A stretch of 64,000 nucleotides of DNA from Candidatus Iainarchaeum sp. (GTDB lineage Archaea > Iainarchaeota > Iainarchaeia > Iainarchaeales > UBA10219): positions 192,001 through 256,000 of the forward strand of contig JAGVWE010000002.1 in the NCBI GenBank assembly GCA_018304425.1, given 5' to 3'. The notes under the pieces were generated by a model that saw nothing but the letters and a program-made list of their open reading frames with translations, was not told the DNA's origin and made no database searches. This document shows, piece by piece, positions 10,080-18,960 of this stretch. Each line of letters opens with the position of its first letter. Within the stretch, counting starts at the first letter, position 1. A program made the translations under genes and the position numbers.

Positions 10080-11312
10080 CTATTTCTTTCGCTCCTTGAG
10101 CCACTGACTGGCAAGCGCCTGGTCTTCCAGGGCGGCCTTCAAGCGCTTCAAGCCCTCTTGGATGTCCTTGGTTCCCGTGGCATACGACAAGCGGATGTAC
10201 TCGTCGTTTTCGCCCGCGTTCTTGCGGCCAAACCGCATGCGGGACAAAACAGCCACACCGGCCTTTTCGAGGGCATAGTCTTCGACGTCCAGGGAGTCCT
10301 TGAAGCCCAGGTTCTTGCAGGCCCCGGTGACGTTGGCGAAGACATAAAAGGCGCCGAACGGGAGGTGGCAGCGAACCCCTTTGATTTCGTTCAAGAGCCC
10401 GACAATCAGGTCGCGCCTGGCCTTGTACTCGGCCACCATCTTGCGGGAGGGCTCCTGGCTGCCTTCCAAGGCGGTCTTGCCGGCCAACTGGGTGAAAGTG
10501 GCAGCGCAGGCCACGTAATTGTTGTTGAGCCTCGCGATGCCGGGCACGAGTTCCCTGGGCATGGCCCCGTAGCCGAGGCGCCAACCGCACATGGCGTAAA
10601 TCTTTGAGAAGCCATGGAGGAGGATGGTTCTTTCCTTCACGCCTGGAAACTTGAGGATGCTGTGGAATTCCTTGTCATAGGTGATGTCGGAATAGATTTC
10701 ATCGGTTAAAATCCAGAAATCGTGTTTCTTTGCCAGTTCCGCGAGCCGCTTCAGGTCATCGGCCGCGATTACGCCGCCGGTGGGGTTGGCCGGGCTGTTG
10801 ATGACCACCATCTTGGTCTTGGGGGTGATGAGCCGCTCGAGTTCGTTGATGTCAAAACTGAACCCCCTGGACTCCCAGTACGGCAAAGGCACCCGCTTTC
10901 CGCCCACGAAGTCGATGGCGGACTCGTAGATCGGGTAGCCGGGGTTCGGGTAGATGACCTCATCGCCTTCATTGACCAGCGCCTGGATGGCGAACAGGAT
11001 GATGGACTTGCCGCCCGCAGTCACGACGATTTCGTCCATGGAATAGGGCACGCCATAGCGCTTCGTGAGGTGCGCGGCAATGGCTTCCCGTAGTTCGGGC
11101 AGCCCAGCCGGCGGGCCATAGTGGGTGCGCCCCTTTTGGATGGCCTGGATGCCGGCCTCGCGGATGTGCTCCGGCGTGTCAAAGTCGGGTTCGCCGATGC
11201 AGAAGCTCACGATGTCGCGGCCCTTCCTTCGCAAGTCGACGACCTTGGCAAGGACCTCGAATGCGGTCTCGGTTCCCAGCCTGGACATTCTTTCAGCGAG
11301 TTTCACTTTCAT
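10080..11312 (-). CDS. PLP-dependent class I/II aminotransferase (AspC-like)
   Basis: IGEPDFDTP, NSPANPTG, DEIY, GFSKIYAMCGWRLGY, GAFY. Confidence 0.93.
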   Translation of the reverse strand: MKVKLAERMSRLGTETAFEVLAKVVDLRRKGRDIVSFCIGEPDFDTPEHIREAGIQAIQKGRTHYGPPAGLPELREAIAAHLTKRYGVPYSMDEIVVTAGGKSIILFAIQALVNEGDEVIYPNPGYPIYESAIDFVGGKRVPLPYWESRGFSFDINELERLITPKTKMVVINSPANPTGGVIAADDLKRLAELAKKHDFWILTDEIYSDITYDKEFHSILKFPGVKERTILLHGFSKIYAMCGWRLGYGAMPRELVPGIARLNNNYVACAATFTQLAGKTALEGSQEPSRKMVAEYKARRDLIVGLLNEIKGVRCHLPFGAFYVFANVTGACKNLGFKDSLDVEDYALEKAGVAVLSRMRFGRKNAGENDEYIRLSYATGTKDIQEGLKRLKAALEDQALASQWLKERKK

Positions 11313-11313
11313 T

Positions 11314-12309
11314 TCAGGTCACCTTCATCCGGCTCTTGGCGAGCACTTTCCGATTAACCAGGCAATCCGGCGCGATGCCGTTGAAGGCCGAGACAAGGTT
11401 GTTCACGGCCAATAAACCCATGTCCGTACGGCTTTTAACGGTTGCGGAAGCGATGTGGGGGGCGAGGACGACGTTCTCGAGCTTGAGCAGGGCCTTCTCG
11501 ATGACGGGTTCGCGCTCGTAGACGTCCAGGCCCGCGGCAAAAATGCGTTTTTCCTGGAGCGCCTGGGCCAGCGCCTTCTCGTCAACCACCGGGCCGCGTG
11601 AAGTGTTGACGAGCACCGCGGTCGGCTTCATGAGCTTGAACTCCTTCTCGCCAATCAAGTGATGCGTGTTGGGGTTGAGGGGAACGTGCAGGGAAACGAA
11701 GTCGGACTCGCGCAACAGGGTTTCCTTGTCCACGAATTTCGCGCCGAACTCTTTCTCGAAGTCTGGGACGCGCTGGACGTCGTGGTAAAGGATTTTCATT
11801 TCAAAGCCCTGGGCCGCGCGCCTGGCGACCTCGCGACCGATGCGGCCCAAGCCGAAGATGCCGAGGGTCGCGTCCTCGGTGCTCTGGCCCAGGAAGTGCA
11901 GCGGGCCCCAGCCCTTGAACTTGCCCTTGCGCACGAAGCGCTCGGCCTCGCCCACGCGGCGCGCGGCGGCCAGCAAAAGCGTGAACGCGAAATCCGCGGT
12001 GGCGTCGGTGAGCACTCCCGGGGTGTTCGTGACCAGGATGCCGTGGTGCGTGGCCGCCTTGACGTCCACGTTGTTGAAGCCCACCGCATAATTGGAGACC
12101 ATCTTGAGGTTGGGCTCCGCGTCCAAGACTTCGGCGTCAATGGAGTCCGTCAAGAGGCAGAGCAAGGCGTCCTTGCCCTTCACGCCTTTCACGATTTCTT
12201 TTTTGGTGAGGACGCGGTCTTCCTTGTTGAATTCGACGTCGAAGTGGAGGAACAGCAGGTCCATGGCAGGCTTTGGAATCTGCCGAGTAACGAAGATTTT
12301 CGGTTTCAT
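11314..12309 (-). CDS. D-2-hydroxyacid dehydrogenase (glyoxylate reductase/D-glycerate dehydrogenase)
   Basis: AVGFNNVD, NTPGVLT, GLGRIG, VNTSRG, GLDVYEREP, PHIASAT. Confidence 0.93.
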   Translation of the reverse strand: MKPKIFVTRQIPKPAMDLLFLHFDVEFNKEDRVLTKKEIVKGVKGKDALLCLLTDSIDAEVLDAEPNLKMVSNYAVGFNNVDVKAATHHGILVTNTPGVLTDATADFAFTLLLAAARRVGEAERFVRKGKFKGWGPLHFLGQSTEDATLGIFGLGRIGREVARRAAQGFEMKILYHDVQRVPDFEKEFGAKFVDKETLLRESDFVSLHVPLNPNTHHLIGEKEFKLMKPTAVLVNTSRGPVVDEKALAQALQEKRIFAAGLDVYEREPVIEKALLKLENVVLAPHIASATVKSRTDMGLLAVNNLVSAFNGIAPDCLVNRKVLAKSRMKVT

Positions 12310-12528
12310 GGGGCCCACTGGGACAGGAAACTTACCCATGAAAAGGAATTTAAAGCGAGAGCCTGTTTTCCGCAAACGCTTTTTTTCCGCAAGAAAAAAA
12401 GGGTTTAAAGACTGGCTTGAAAGCGTAAAAGACGGCGGAAAGCGAAACCAAGGGGTTCTGGCACCGGAAAAGACGGGTTCAAGGGTCGTTTAAAAAGGCC
12501 TTGAACAAGAGGATAGAGGTGATAAACC

Positions 12529-12606
12529 ATGAACATTTACGCCAGATGGGTCTTGCAGGAAAAACAGGACTACGAGATTACCCGGCCCAGGCAAAACCCC
12601 CAATAG
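12529..12606 (+). CDS. Candidate 25-aa small protein MNIYARWVLQEKQDYEITRPRQNPQ
   Basis: GAGGTGA ribosome-binding site just upstream of the ATG and TTTAAAAA about 35 nt upstream, in an otherwise empty intergenic region. Confidence 0.5.
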   Translation: MNIYARWVLQEKQDYEITRPRQNPQ

Positions 12607-12773
12607 CCTCCTTAGCGCCCAACCTAACAGGCCGCTATTTATGTCCCGTCGAGCCCCCAAGGCGAAGACGGGACGACGTATAGCGCACAGCCGAAGCCAG
12701 CAGGCGGAGGTGCCCATCAGGGCACGCCGCTATCGTGCGGCTATTTATGGATTACGTGGCCTGAATCTGGGGT

Positions 12774-13604
12774 ATGCCCGGGATACTGTTCGGCTCTTCC
12801 GGCATCCCCCACTCGGCCGAGGGCGGCGACACCGTGAAAGGCATCCAAACCATGCGGGAGCTCGGGCTGGACGCCATGGAACTGAGTTTCACCCACGGAG
12901 TGCACCTGGGCCCGGCCAGCGCGCGGGACGTGCGAAGGACAAGCGAGGAAACCGGCATCAAGCTCAGCATCCACGGCCCCTACTACATCAACTTGTTCGC
13001 GAAGGAACCCGAGAAGGTGGAGGCAAGCAAGCAACGCATCTGGAAGAGCCTCGAAGTCGGGGAAATCGCGGGCTGCGACTACGTCTGCTTTCACCCCGCC
13101 TACTACATGAAAGCCGAACCGAAAACCGTGCACGCGCAGGTGCGCGACATCCTGGCGGAGTTGCAGGGCAAACTCCACGACCAGAAGATGCGCATCCGGT
13201 TGGCGCCGGAGACCACGGGAAGGGTCACGCAGTTCGGCTCGCTGGCGGAGACCCTGGAACTGGCCTACGAGCTGAAGGAACTCCTGCCCGTCTTCGACTT
13301 CTGCCACTTGCACGCCCGCGAGAACGGGAAGTTCAAGCGCAAGGAAGACGTGGAACGGGTCTTCGACGAGGTCGAGGCGACCACGCCTTGGCTGCTCAAG
13401 GACTTCCGCATGCAGGTTTCGGGCGTCAGCTACACCGTGAAAGGCGAGCGGGCGCACACCGCGTTGGCGGACTCCGACTTTCCCTGGAAGTGGTTGATGG
13501 AGTGCCTCAAAGAGTTCGGGGTGAACGGCGTGGCCATCTGCGAGAGCCCCCAACTCGAATTCGACGCGATGAAGATGCGGGACTACTACAAGGGGCTGCC
13601 GTAG
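12774..13604 (+). CDS. nfo: Endonuclease IV (AP endonuclease 2, TIM barrel)
   Basis: LSIHGPYYINL, FHPAYY, APETTG, FDFCHLHAR, ICESP. Confidence 0.9.
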   Translation: MPGILFGSSGIPHSAEGGDTVKGIQTMRELGLDAMELSFTHGVHLGPASARDVRRTSEETGIKLSIHGPYYINLFAKEPEKVEASKQRIWKSLEVGEIAGCDYVCFHPAYYMKAEPKTVHAQVRDILAELQGKLHDQKMRIRLAPETTGRVTQFGSLAETLELAYELKELLPVFDFCHLHARENGKFKRKEDVERVFDEVEATTPWLLKDFRMQVSGVSYTVKGERAHTALADSDFPWKWLMECLKEFGVNGVAICESPQLEFDAMKMRDYYKGLP

Positions 13605-13649
13605 GACGTCGCAAGCAACGTTATATAGGAGTTTGAGCGCTTTATTTGC

Positions 13650-14621
13650 ATGGGAAAACGTTGGAAGAGCGGGGCCCGCAAGCGGCGGAACCCCAAGCCG
13701 CGCAAACGGGGGCCGACGCCCCGAGGCCGGCGCCTGCTTGGAATCGGCGGGGAAAGACGCCCGCCCACGGTCTTTGAGGCGGCTTTAGCGCGGCTTGCCC
13801 GGGCGCAACGCATCCAGGAAAGGAATAGGCGCGCCGTGGAAGAGGGCAGGTTCGGAAGAGTCAGGCGGTACACCAAGCCAGAGGACCGCAGACGCCCCTC
13901 CAAAAATGACTTTCTCAACACGCTGGGACTGATTGGACGGCATGCCGTGGAACGCGAACTCGAGAAACACCGGTCCATCAAAGCAGAAGCCCTTATCAAA
14001 GCGCTTGGCAATAGAAATCCCCGTGACCTCCCGCCGGAAGAGTTGCGGTCACTGCTTGCGCAGGCAGCGGAAACGCAAGCGAGGGCCATTTCGCCGACGG
14101 CGGCAGAACTAAGGGCAGCAAGGGACGAAGCCCGCCGCGAGGCGGTGATGCGGTTGCGGAAAAGTTATGCGCAACCCAATGACCTGCTGCGCCTGCAAGT
14201 GCAGTTGGTCCACGCGCTCGGCCCAAAGACCATGGACGTCATTGCAAGAAGCGTTGGGAAACGCCCGCCGACTGACTTCGTTTTTTTCCTGGCCCAGCAA
14301 GTCAAGGCAAACAAGCACGTGCATCTTGGCGGGGACCGGTTGTACATCGATTATGCTGAACTACTAGAAGAACTCGCCAAACAACAAAATGCACTCGCCA
14401 AAACGGTGGCTGCGGGAGACCAAAAACAGGAACAAGTGCAACGAGACTTCACGCGCAAGGCCGCACGGGCACCCGATGCCTCAGCCCACGACGTGATGGC
14501 CGCACTGGGAAACATTATTGGGTTTGTAGAGGAAATTGGAACCAAGGCAGCGGCCAGAAAACAGGCGTTTAACGCCGACATGATTCGGGTGCTGGGCGCT
14601 TTGCAGGCGGCCGGCTACTGA
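13650..14621 (+). CDS. Hypothetical alpha-helical protein with a very basic N-terminal leader
   Basis: 323-aa ORF with TTATATA upstream; 14 of the first 28 residues are K/R. Confidence 0.75.
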   Translation: MGKRWKSGARKRRNPKPRKRGPTPRGRRLLGIGGERRPPTVFEAALARLARAQRIQERNRRAVEEGRFGRVRRYTKPEDRRRPSKNDFLNTLGLIGRHAVERELEKHRSIKAEALIKALGNRNPRDLPPEELRSLLAQAAETQARAISPTAAELRAARDEARREAVMRLRKSYAQPNDLLRLQVQLVHALGPKTMDVIARSVGKRPPTDFVFFLAQQVKANKHVHLGGDRLYIDYAELLEELAKQQNALAKTVAAGDQKQEQVQRDFTRKAARAPDASAHDVMAALGNIIGFVEEIGTKAAARKQAFNADMIRVLGALQAAGY

Positions 14622-14629
14622 TTCCCCGC

Positions 14630-14794
14630 CTAGTCCTCCATTAACGCGAAGATGAGTATCCACATGATGAGGAAGCCGACCACCGAGAGGAGGGGGTTCT
14701 CGAAGGCGCCGAGGAAGAACGTGGTCAACGAGAAAAAGAAGAACAAGCCGAGGGACACGAGCAGCGAGCGGAGCAGGGATTTCAGGACCGGCAT
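14630..14794 (-). CDS. Small two-TM membrane protein
   Basis: MPVLKSLLRSLLVSLGLFFFFS...VGFLIMWILIFALMED; TTAAATA upstream. Confidence 0.7.
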   Translation of the reverse strand: MPVLKSLLRSLLVSLGLFFFFSLTTFFLGAFENPLLSVVGFLIMWILIFALMED

Positions 14795-14819
14795 ACCAGT
14801 GTTGTAAGCGAAGGCGTAT

Positions 14820-15389
14820 TTAAGGGTTGCGCGGGGCTTTAAGCAAGGCCATGGCTTCGGCTGGGTTAAGGACGCGGATGCTGGGCAGGATGCCAACAAG
14901 TTTCTTTTTGAAACCGCTAATCAGGCGCTTGTCCCGCGTCACAAAGTACTTGCAGTCATCTATGCGGTGCGCTTGCATGAGTAGAAGGGCATCGAAAGTC
15001 GAAAACCCCAACGCACAAATGCGGTGCAACGAGGCCAAGTCGATTTCCTTGGTGGCAACAACCGAGAAAGAACACAGTTCTTTGACTATGGCTTGAACCT
15101 TGGCCAACTCCTCTTCAGTCAACGGGAGTTCTTTTCGTCCTTCACTGAATTCAGAAACGTTGTAACCGTAGTCTATCAGTTTCTTTTCTTCCGTGAGTTT
15201 TTCGACGACGTCCCTGAATTCCAACAAGTTCCAGTCGCTTGCATGACTGGTGAACGCTTTTTTCACGTACTTGTCTTTTAGTGCTTTGCTTCGCCTGAGA
15301 GAATCGGTAAGTCGTTGGCCCTTGTCTTCCTTGGCTTGAATCGACAGGAAATCGAGAAGCAAGTTGGTGTCAAGCATGAAACCAGGCAA
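14820..15389 (-). CDS. PIN-domain (VapC-like) ribonuclease
   Basis: FMLDTNLLLD, NLLE, STFDALLL, FVTRDKRL; lower GC than its neighbours. Confidence 0.85.
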   Translation of the reverse strand: MPGFMLDTNLLLDFLSIQAKEDKGQRLTDSLRRSKALKDKYVKKAFTSHASDWNLLEFRDVVEKLTEEKKLIDYGYNVSEFSEGRKELPLTEEELAKVQAIVKELCSFSVVATKEIDLASLHRICALGFSTFDALLLMQAHRIDDCKYFVTRDKRLISGFKKKLVGILPSIRVLNPAEAMALLKAPRNP

Positions 15390-15393
15390 CCCA

Positions 15394-15471
15394 TCACCCG
15401 AACAGCCATTTTACGAGGCTTCGTCTGACAACGCGTTTGCGTTTCTTCCGCTTCTTCGCCTTTGAAGCCAT
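15394..15471 (-). CDS. Candidate 25-aa basic peptide MASKAKKRKKRKRVVRRSLVKWLFG upstream of the PIN gene
   Basis: TTTATAT box, GGGTGA RBS and ATG; its stop (GGGTGA) can double as the RBS for the PIN TTG start. Confidence 0.55.
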   Translation of the reverse strand: MASKAKKRKKRKRVVRRSLVKWLFG

Positions 15472-15547
15472 TCCCGGGGTCACCCACTTATGATGGGTAG
15501 TTTCCCGATATAAATCCTTTCGCTGCAGGGAGGACTCCTGCACGGGT

Positions 15548-18172
15548 TCAGTTCCTGCCAAAGCCGCCACCCCCAGGAGTAGAACGCCGCGACAACACGC
15601 GACTCATTGCCAGGGGCTCCACCAAAACCGTTCGCCCGCCCCTGCGCCGCAGCCAGTAGGCGAGCGCGCCGCCAAGCAAGGCCGAGGCCAGCAGGCCGAG
15701 GGCCAGCAAGGCAAACGCGGAGTTCGAGGAAGCCAGGGAGGCCAGCAAGGCCCTGGCCGGACTCTCGGTTGAAGGAGCCAGGGACGTGGAAAGCTTTTTG
15801 ACTTTGAAGACGCCGGCCAGGTTGGCCCCGCTGAACTGGATGACGCCTCGCTCCCCCTCGTCCTCGAAGCGAAGGGAGAAGGCACGAGGCAGGAGGGCGC
15901 AGACGCGGGGAGGCAGGCGGAACGCGGAAGCGGAAACCAGTTCCAGGGTCGCCGGAAACAATTCGTTGCCACTTGAGTCAAGGACGTCCACGGAAAGCGA
16001 GGGGCCTCCGCCGGCAAAGGCCTGGCCTGACTCGAAAAGACAACTGGCTTCATGCAAGGGCAACGATTGCAACTCTCTTTGGGGGGGTCCGGGGTCCTCG
16101 CTGGCCTGGGCCTGGACGGCCGGTGACTCAAGCACGGGCCTGGCGTCCCGCGCAATGGGCAACAACAGGACCTCGCCTTCCCCATAACGCCTTGGCCGGC
16201 GGTTCAAGAGCCTGGAACCGGGTTCGGGGACCGGGTCACTGGAGAGGACGAGGGCCACGGTTTTCTCCGAAAAGTTTCCGGCGTTGTCGTAGGCACGCAC
16301 CGAGTAGGCGTGGAAGCCCGGCGACTGCCCCGAAAACAAGTGACTGGTTTGGAGGCCGACGTCAACGAAGGGAGCGTCATCGGCTTTCACGGCAAAGGAT
16401 TGGATGCCTGCTTGGTCCACGGCGTCAAAGGAAAGGGAAACCGTGGAAGAAGCGAGCGTGGCGCCGTCGGCCGGCGAGGAAATGGCCAGCCTGGGCGCGT
16501 CACGGTCCAAGTAAATCGTGTCCGCAATCAAGTCCGTGGTGGCGTGGCCAAGCGAGTCCGTGAAACGGGCGAAGACGAGCTTGTTGCCGTCCGCGTCACT
16601 GCAGCCGGGCGCGTCCCGTGCGAGGTTGAAGCCGGTGAGCAGGGGCGTGAAGTCCAGGGGCGCGGAGAACGCCTGGTTGTCACAGGAAAAGGCGACCTGC
16701 ATGGGGCTCACGTCGTCGGCTTCGAGGGCGAGGTCGATGAGCGGGCTTGAGACAAAGCAGGTGTCGCCGGTCTTCTGTATTTTGAGGCGCGCATTCTGGG
16801 GCGGCAGGCCGTCAACGGTAAACGGGTTGTCCGAAGAGTCCAGGGCCTCGGCGCCGGCGTCGTCGCGCACCACGACGTCGAGGTAGACCGCTTTTTTTTG
16901 GATGGCGGGAACGCTCCAGGCAAGGGAACAGGTTTGGCCGAGGCCATCAGGCCGAGGGCCAGCAGGCCGAGGGCCACCCGGCCCGGGGCCTTCGGGCATG
17001 CAATGGGTTGCGTCCAGGGAAACCCCCAGGACCAGGGGTTCGCCTTTTTGGCCGGGGGCCTCCGAGAGGAAGACGTCTGCCGTGTGCCTTTGGTTGAAGT
17101 CGGGGTCGGAAAAGCGGAAGGCCAGCAGGGCTTGGCCTGTTGTGTCGGAGAGCACTTCTGCTCCGTTTGGCTGGCTGACTTGCACGACCGGGCTGGAATT
17201 GGGTTTGAGTTCGAGGAGGGGCGGGTACTCGGAGGAATGGCTGCCTAAGAGGACGAAACGGCTGTTGCCGTCAAAGTCTTCGACCGAGTTCTTCAACAGG
17301 AAGGAAACGGAGGGCTTGCCGGCGTCAAGGGCGTCGAAGACGGCCCGGGTTACGTCGATGGATTGGTAGCCGGTGCTGACGGCCCCGGCTTCGCCGCCAA
17401 GGGCGCCGAGAAAGTCGGCGGTGACTTCGCTGAGTGGTTGAACATCAAAGTCTTTTTCGTCGAGTGCCTCGAAATCGTCGATGGCGTAAACGCCGATGAC
17501 GCCATCCGCTGAACCGAAATCGGTTTTGGCGCCTGCCACAAAGAGGTTGAGTTGAGCCGAAAAAAACCTTTCCCGTATCCTGCTTAAATCGAATTTGATG
17601 AAGGCGCGGTTGGCGGTTCCAACGTATTCGACGAGACCGGTTTTGGCGCGGAACTCCATGTTCATCGTGGCGCGGGTCGTGCCTTCGGTGTTCATGTTTC
17701 CCCTGCCTATGCCCTTGAGCTGGTGCAGGGGGGTTGGAATGGATTCCATGGAATAACTGCCGTTGCAGGAGCGCGCGCCTGGCAACGTGATGTAACCAGA
17801 GGAGCGGTTGACGACGCCGGTGCAGGTAGCCCAGCCCTGGACTTTGACGACCATGTACGTGGCGCCCAGGTCCCGGGAATTGGGGAGCTCGCACTCGCCT
17901 CCCAGGTTGCCGGTGCCGCTGCGGCTGAGCAGGCAGTAGCCGTGGTCGAAGTCGGTGAAGCCCTCCCCGATATGGCCGTCGCTGCCCCCGCGTTCGCCGG
18001 CAACCAGGGGATTGGATTGGAGCACGGCAATACCATAACGGTACTTCAGGAGGGAACCGGAGTCATCGGCTGAAAGCGTGAGGGCCGAGCCAAGGTCGGC
18101 AAAGAGGGCCAAACCGAGGAGGACTGGGAAAATCAGGGGCAGGAAATGCTTGGAGGGTTGCAGGGTCATCAC
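15548..18172 (-). CDS. Large secreted, C-terminally membrane-anchored surface protein (DNRLRE/CBM96-like plus Ig-like domains)
   Basis: Signal peptide; NRAFIKFDLS...SAQLNL...IDVT...PLLEL; Ig-like VRAYDNAGN; C-terminal TM followed by RRR. Confidence 0.8.
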   Translation of the reverse strand: MMTLQPSKHFLPLIFPVLLGLALFADLGSALTLSADDSGSLLKYRYGIAVLQSNPLVAGERGGSDGHIGEGFTDFDHGYCLLSRSGTGNLGGECELPNSRDLGATYMVVKVQGWATCTGVVNRSSGYITLPGARSCNGSYSMESIPTPLHQLKGIGRGNMNTEGTTRATMNMEFRAKTGLVEYVGTANRAFIKFDLSRIRERFFSAQLNLFVAGAKTDFGSADGVIGVYAIDDFEALDEKDFDVQPLSEVTADFLGALGGEAGAVSTGYQSIDVTRAVFDALDAGKPSVSFLLKNSVEDFDGNSRFVLLGSHSSEYPPLLELKPNSSPVVQVSQPNGAEVLSDTTGQALLAFRFSDPDFNQRHTADVFLSEAPGQKGEPLVLGVSLDATHCMPEGPGPGGPRPAGPRPDGLGQTCSLAWSVPAIQKKAVYLDVVVRDDAGAEALDSSDNPFTVDGLPPQNARLKIQKTGDTCFVSSPLIDLALEADDVSPMQVAFSCDNQAFSAPLDFTPLLTGFNLARDAPGCSDADGNKLVFARFTDSLGHATTDLIADTIYLDRDAPRLAISSPADGATLASSTVSLSFDAVDQAGIQSFAVKADDAPFVDVGLQTSHLFSGQSPGFHAYSVRAYDNAGNFSEKTVALVLSSDPVPEPGSRLLNRRPRRYGEGEVLLLPIARDARPVLESPAVQAQASEDPGPPQRELQSLPLHEASCLFESGQAFAGGGPSLSVDVLDSSGNELFPATLELVSASAFRLPPRVCALLPRAFSLRFEDEGERGVIQFSGANLAGVFKVKKLSTSLAPSTESPARALLASLASSNSAFALLALGLLASALLGGALAYWLRRRGGRTVLVEPLAMSRVLSRRSTPGGGGFGRN

Positions 18173-18194
18173 CTGGATATAACGCCAAAAAATG

Positions 18195-18219
18195 TTTAAA
18201 TATTTCGTTGATTGACGAA
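18195..18219 (-). promoter_or_regulatory. Palindromic operator copy 1 (TTCGTTGATTGACGAA, 18204-18219) plus TATA box for the surface-protein gene
   Basis: The minus strand reads TTCGTCAATCAACGAA-A-TATTTAAA; 24 bp are identical to the 23.4-kb copy. Confidence 0.8.
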
Positions 18220-18563
18220 ATTATGGTCTATTCCTGTCGCTGGAGGGCGATTAGGCGGTAATGCCTGCCCTAGGCTGGGCTGGGCCATTAAAGGCCATTT
18301 GGGCTTGGCTAGAGAGCCAGCTACAAACACTTACCGTGTCTGGCTGGGCCTCAAAGAGCCAAAGCCTCAAAGCCAGTTGAACAACCCTTGTATGGCGGTC
18401 ACTGTTTGCAGGTCGCTTTTCTAAAGCCGGTTAATGGTTTGCTCAACTGTTGATGGACTGATGAGGGAAAGCGTTTTAATAGTTGTGGGTTTGAAAAAAC
18501 AACCCGCCTGATTCCGGCGGAAAACAGCTACCATTATAAAGTTTAGGCGAACAATAGTATTTC

Positions 18564-18938
18564 ATGGCGGATGCACACGGCGGGCACGGAGACGCCCATG
18601 GAGGAGCGGGTGCGCACGGCGGCGGACACGGGGATGCCCACGGCGGCGGCTCTTCCCAGGGCGGCGGATGGGGCGGCATGTGGACCACCAAGCACACCGA
18701 CAACTGGTATGACTGGGTGGCAACCGTTGTCTCGGAGCAGGTAAGCACGTTCGTGGCATTCATCTTCTTCATCATCACGGTTGGAGCCGTTTACGGGGCG
18801 CTGGTTGCGGCACGGAACCCGACGATGGAACCTTTCCTCCTCATCGTGCCCGCGGTGCTTGGCCTGATCGCGTTCTACAACCGGGACATCGCGACCCTTT
18901 TCTTCCTCCTCTTCACCGTTGGATTTATCCTAGTGTAA
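18564..18938 (+). CDS. Membrane protein with His/Gly-rich N-terminal tail
   Basis: DAHGG repeats followed by about three TM segments; TTATAAA upstream. Confidence 0.75.
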   Translation: MADAHGGHGDAHGGAGAHGGGHGDAHGGGSSQGGGWGGMWTTKHTDNWYDWVATVVSEQVSTFVAFIFFIITVGAVYGALVAARNPTMEPFLLIVPAVLGLIAFYNRDIATLFFLLFTVGFILV

Positions 18939-18960
18939 TCGAATGGAATGCGGGCTCGGC

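Noticed and set aside
12643-12674. Hairpin with GA/GAA internal loop as an archaeal SECIS
   Set aside because: The GAA is on the 3' side rather than the 5' side, and no adjacent gene shows an in-frame UGA.
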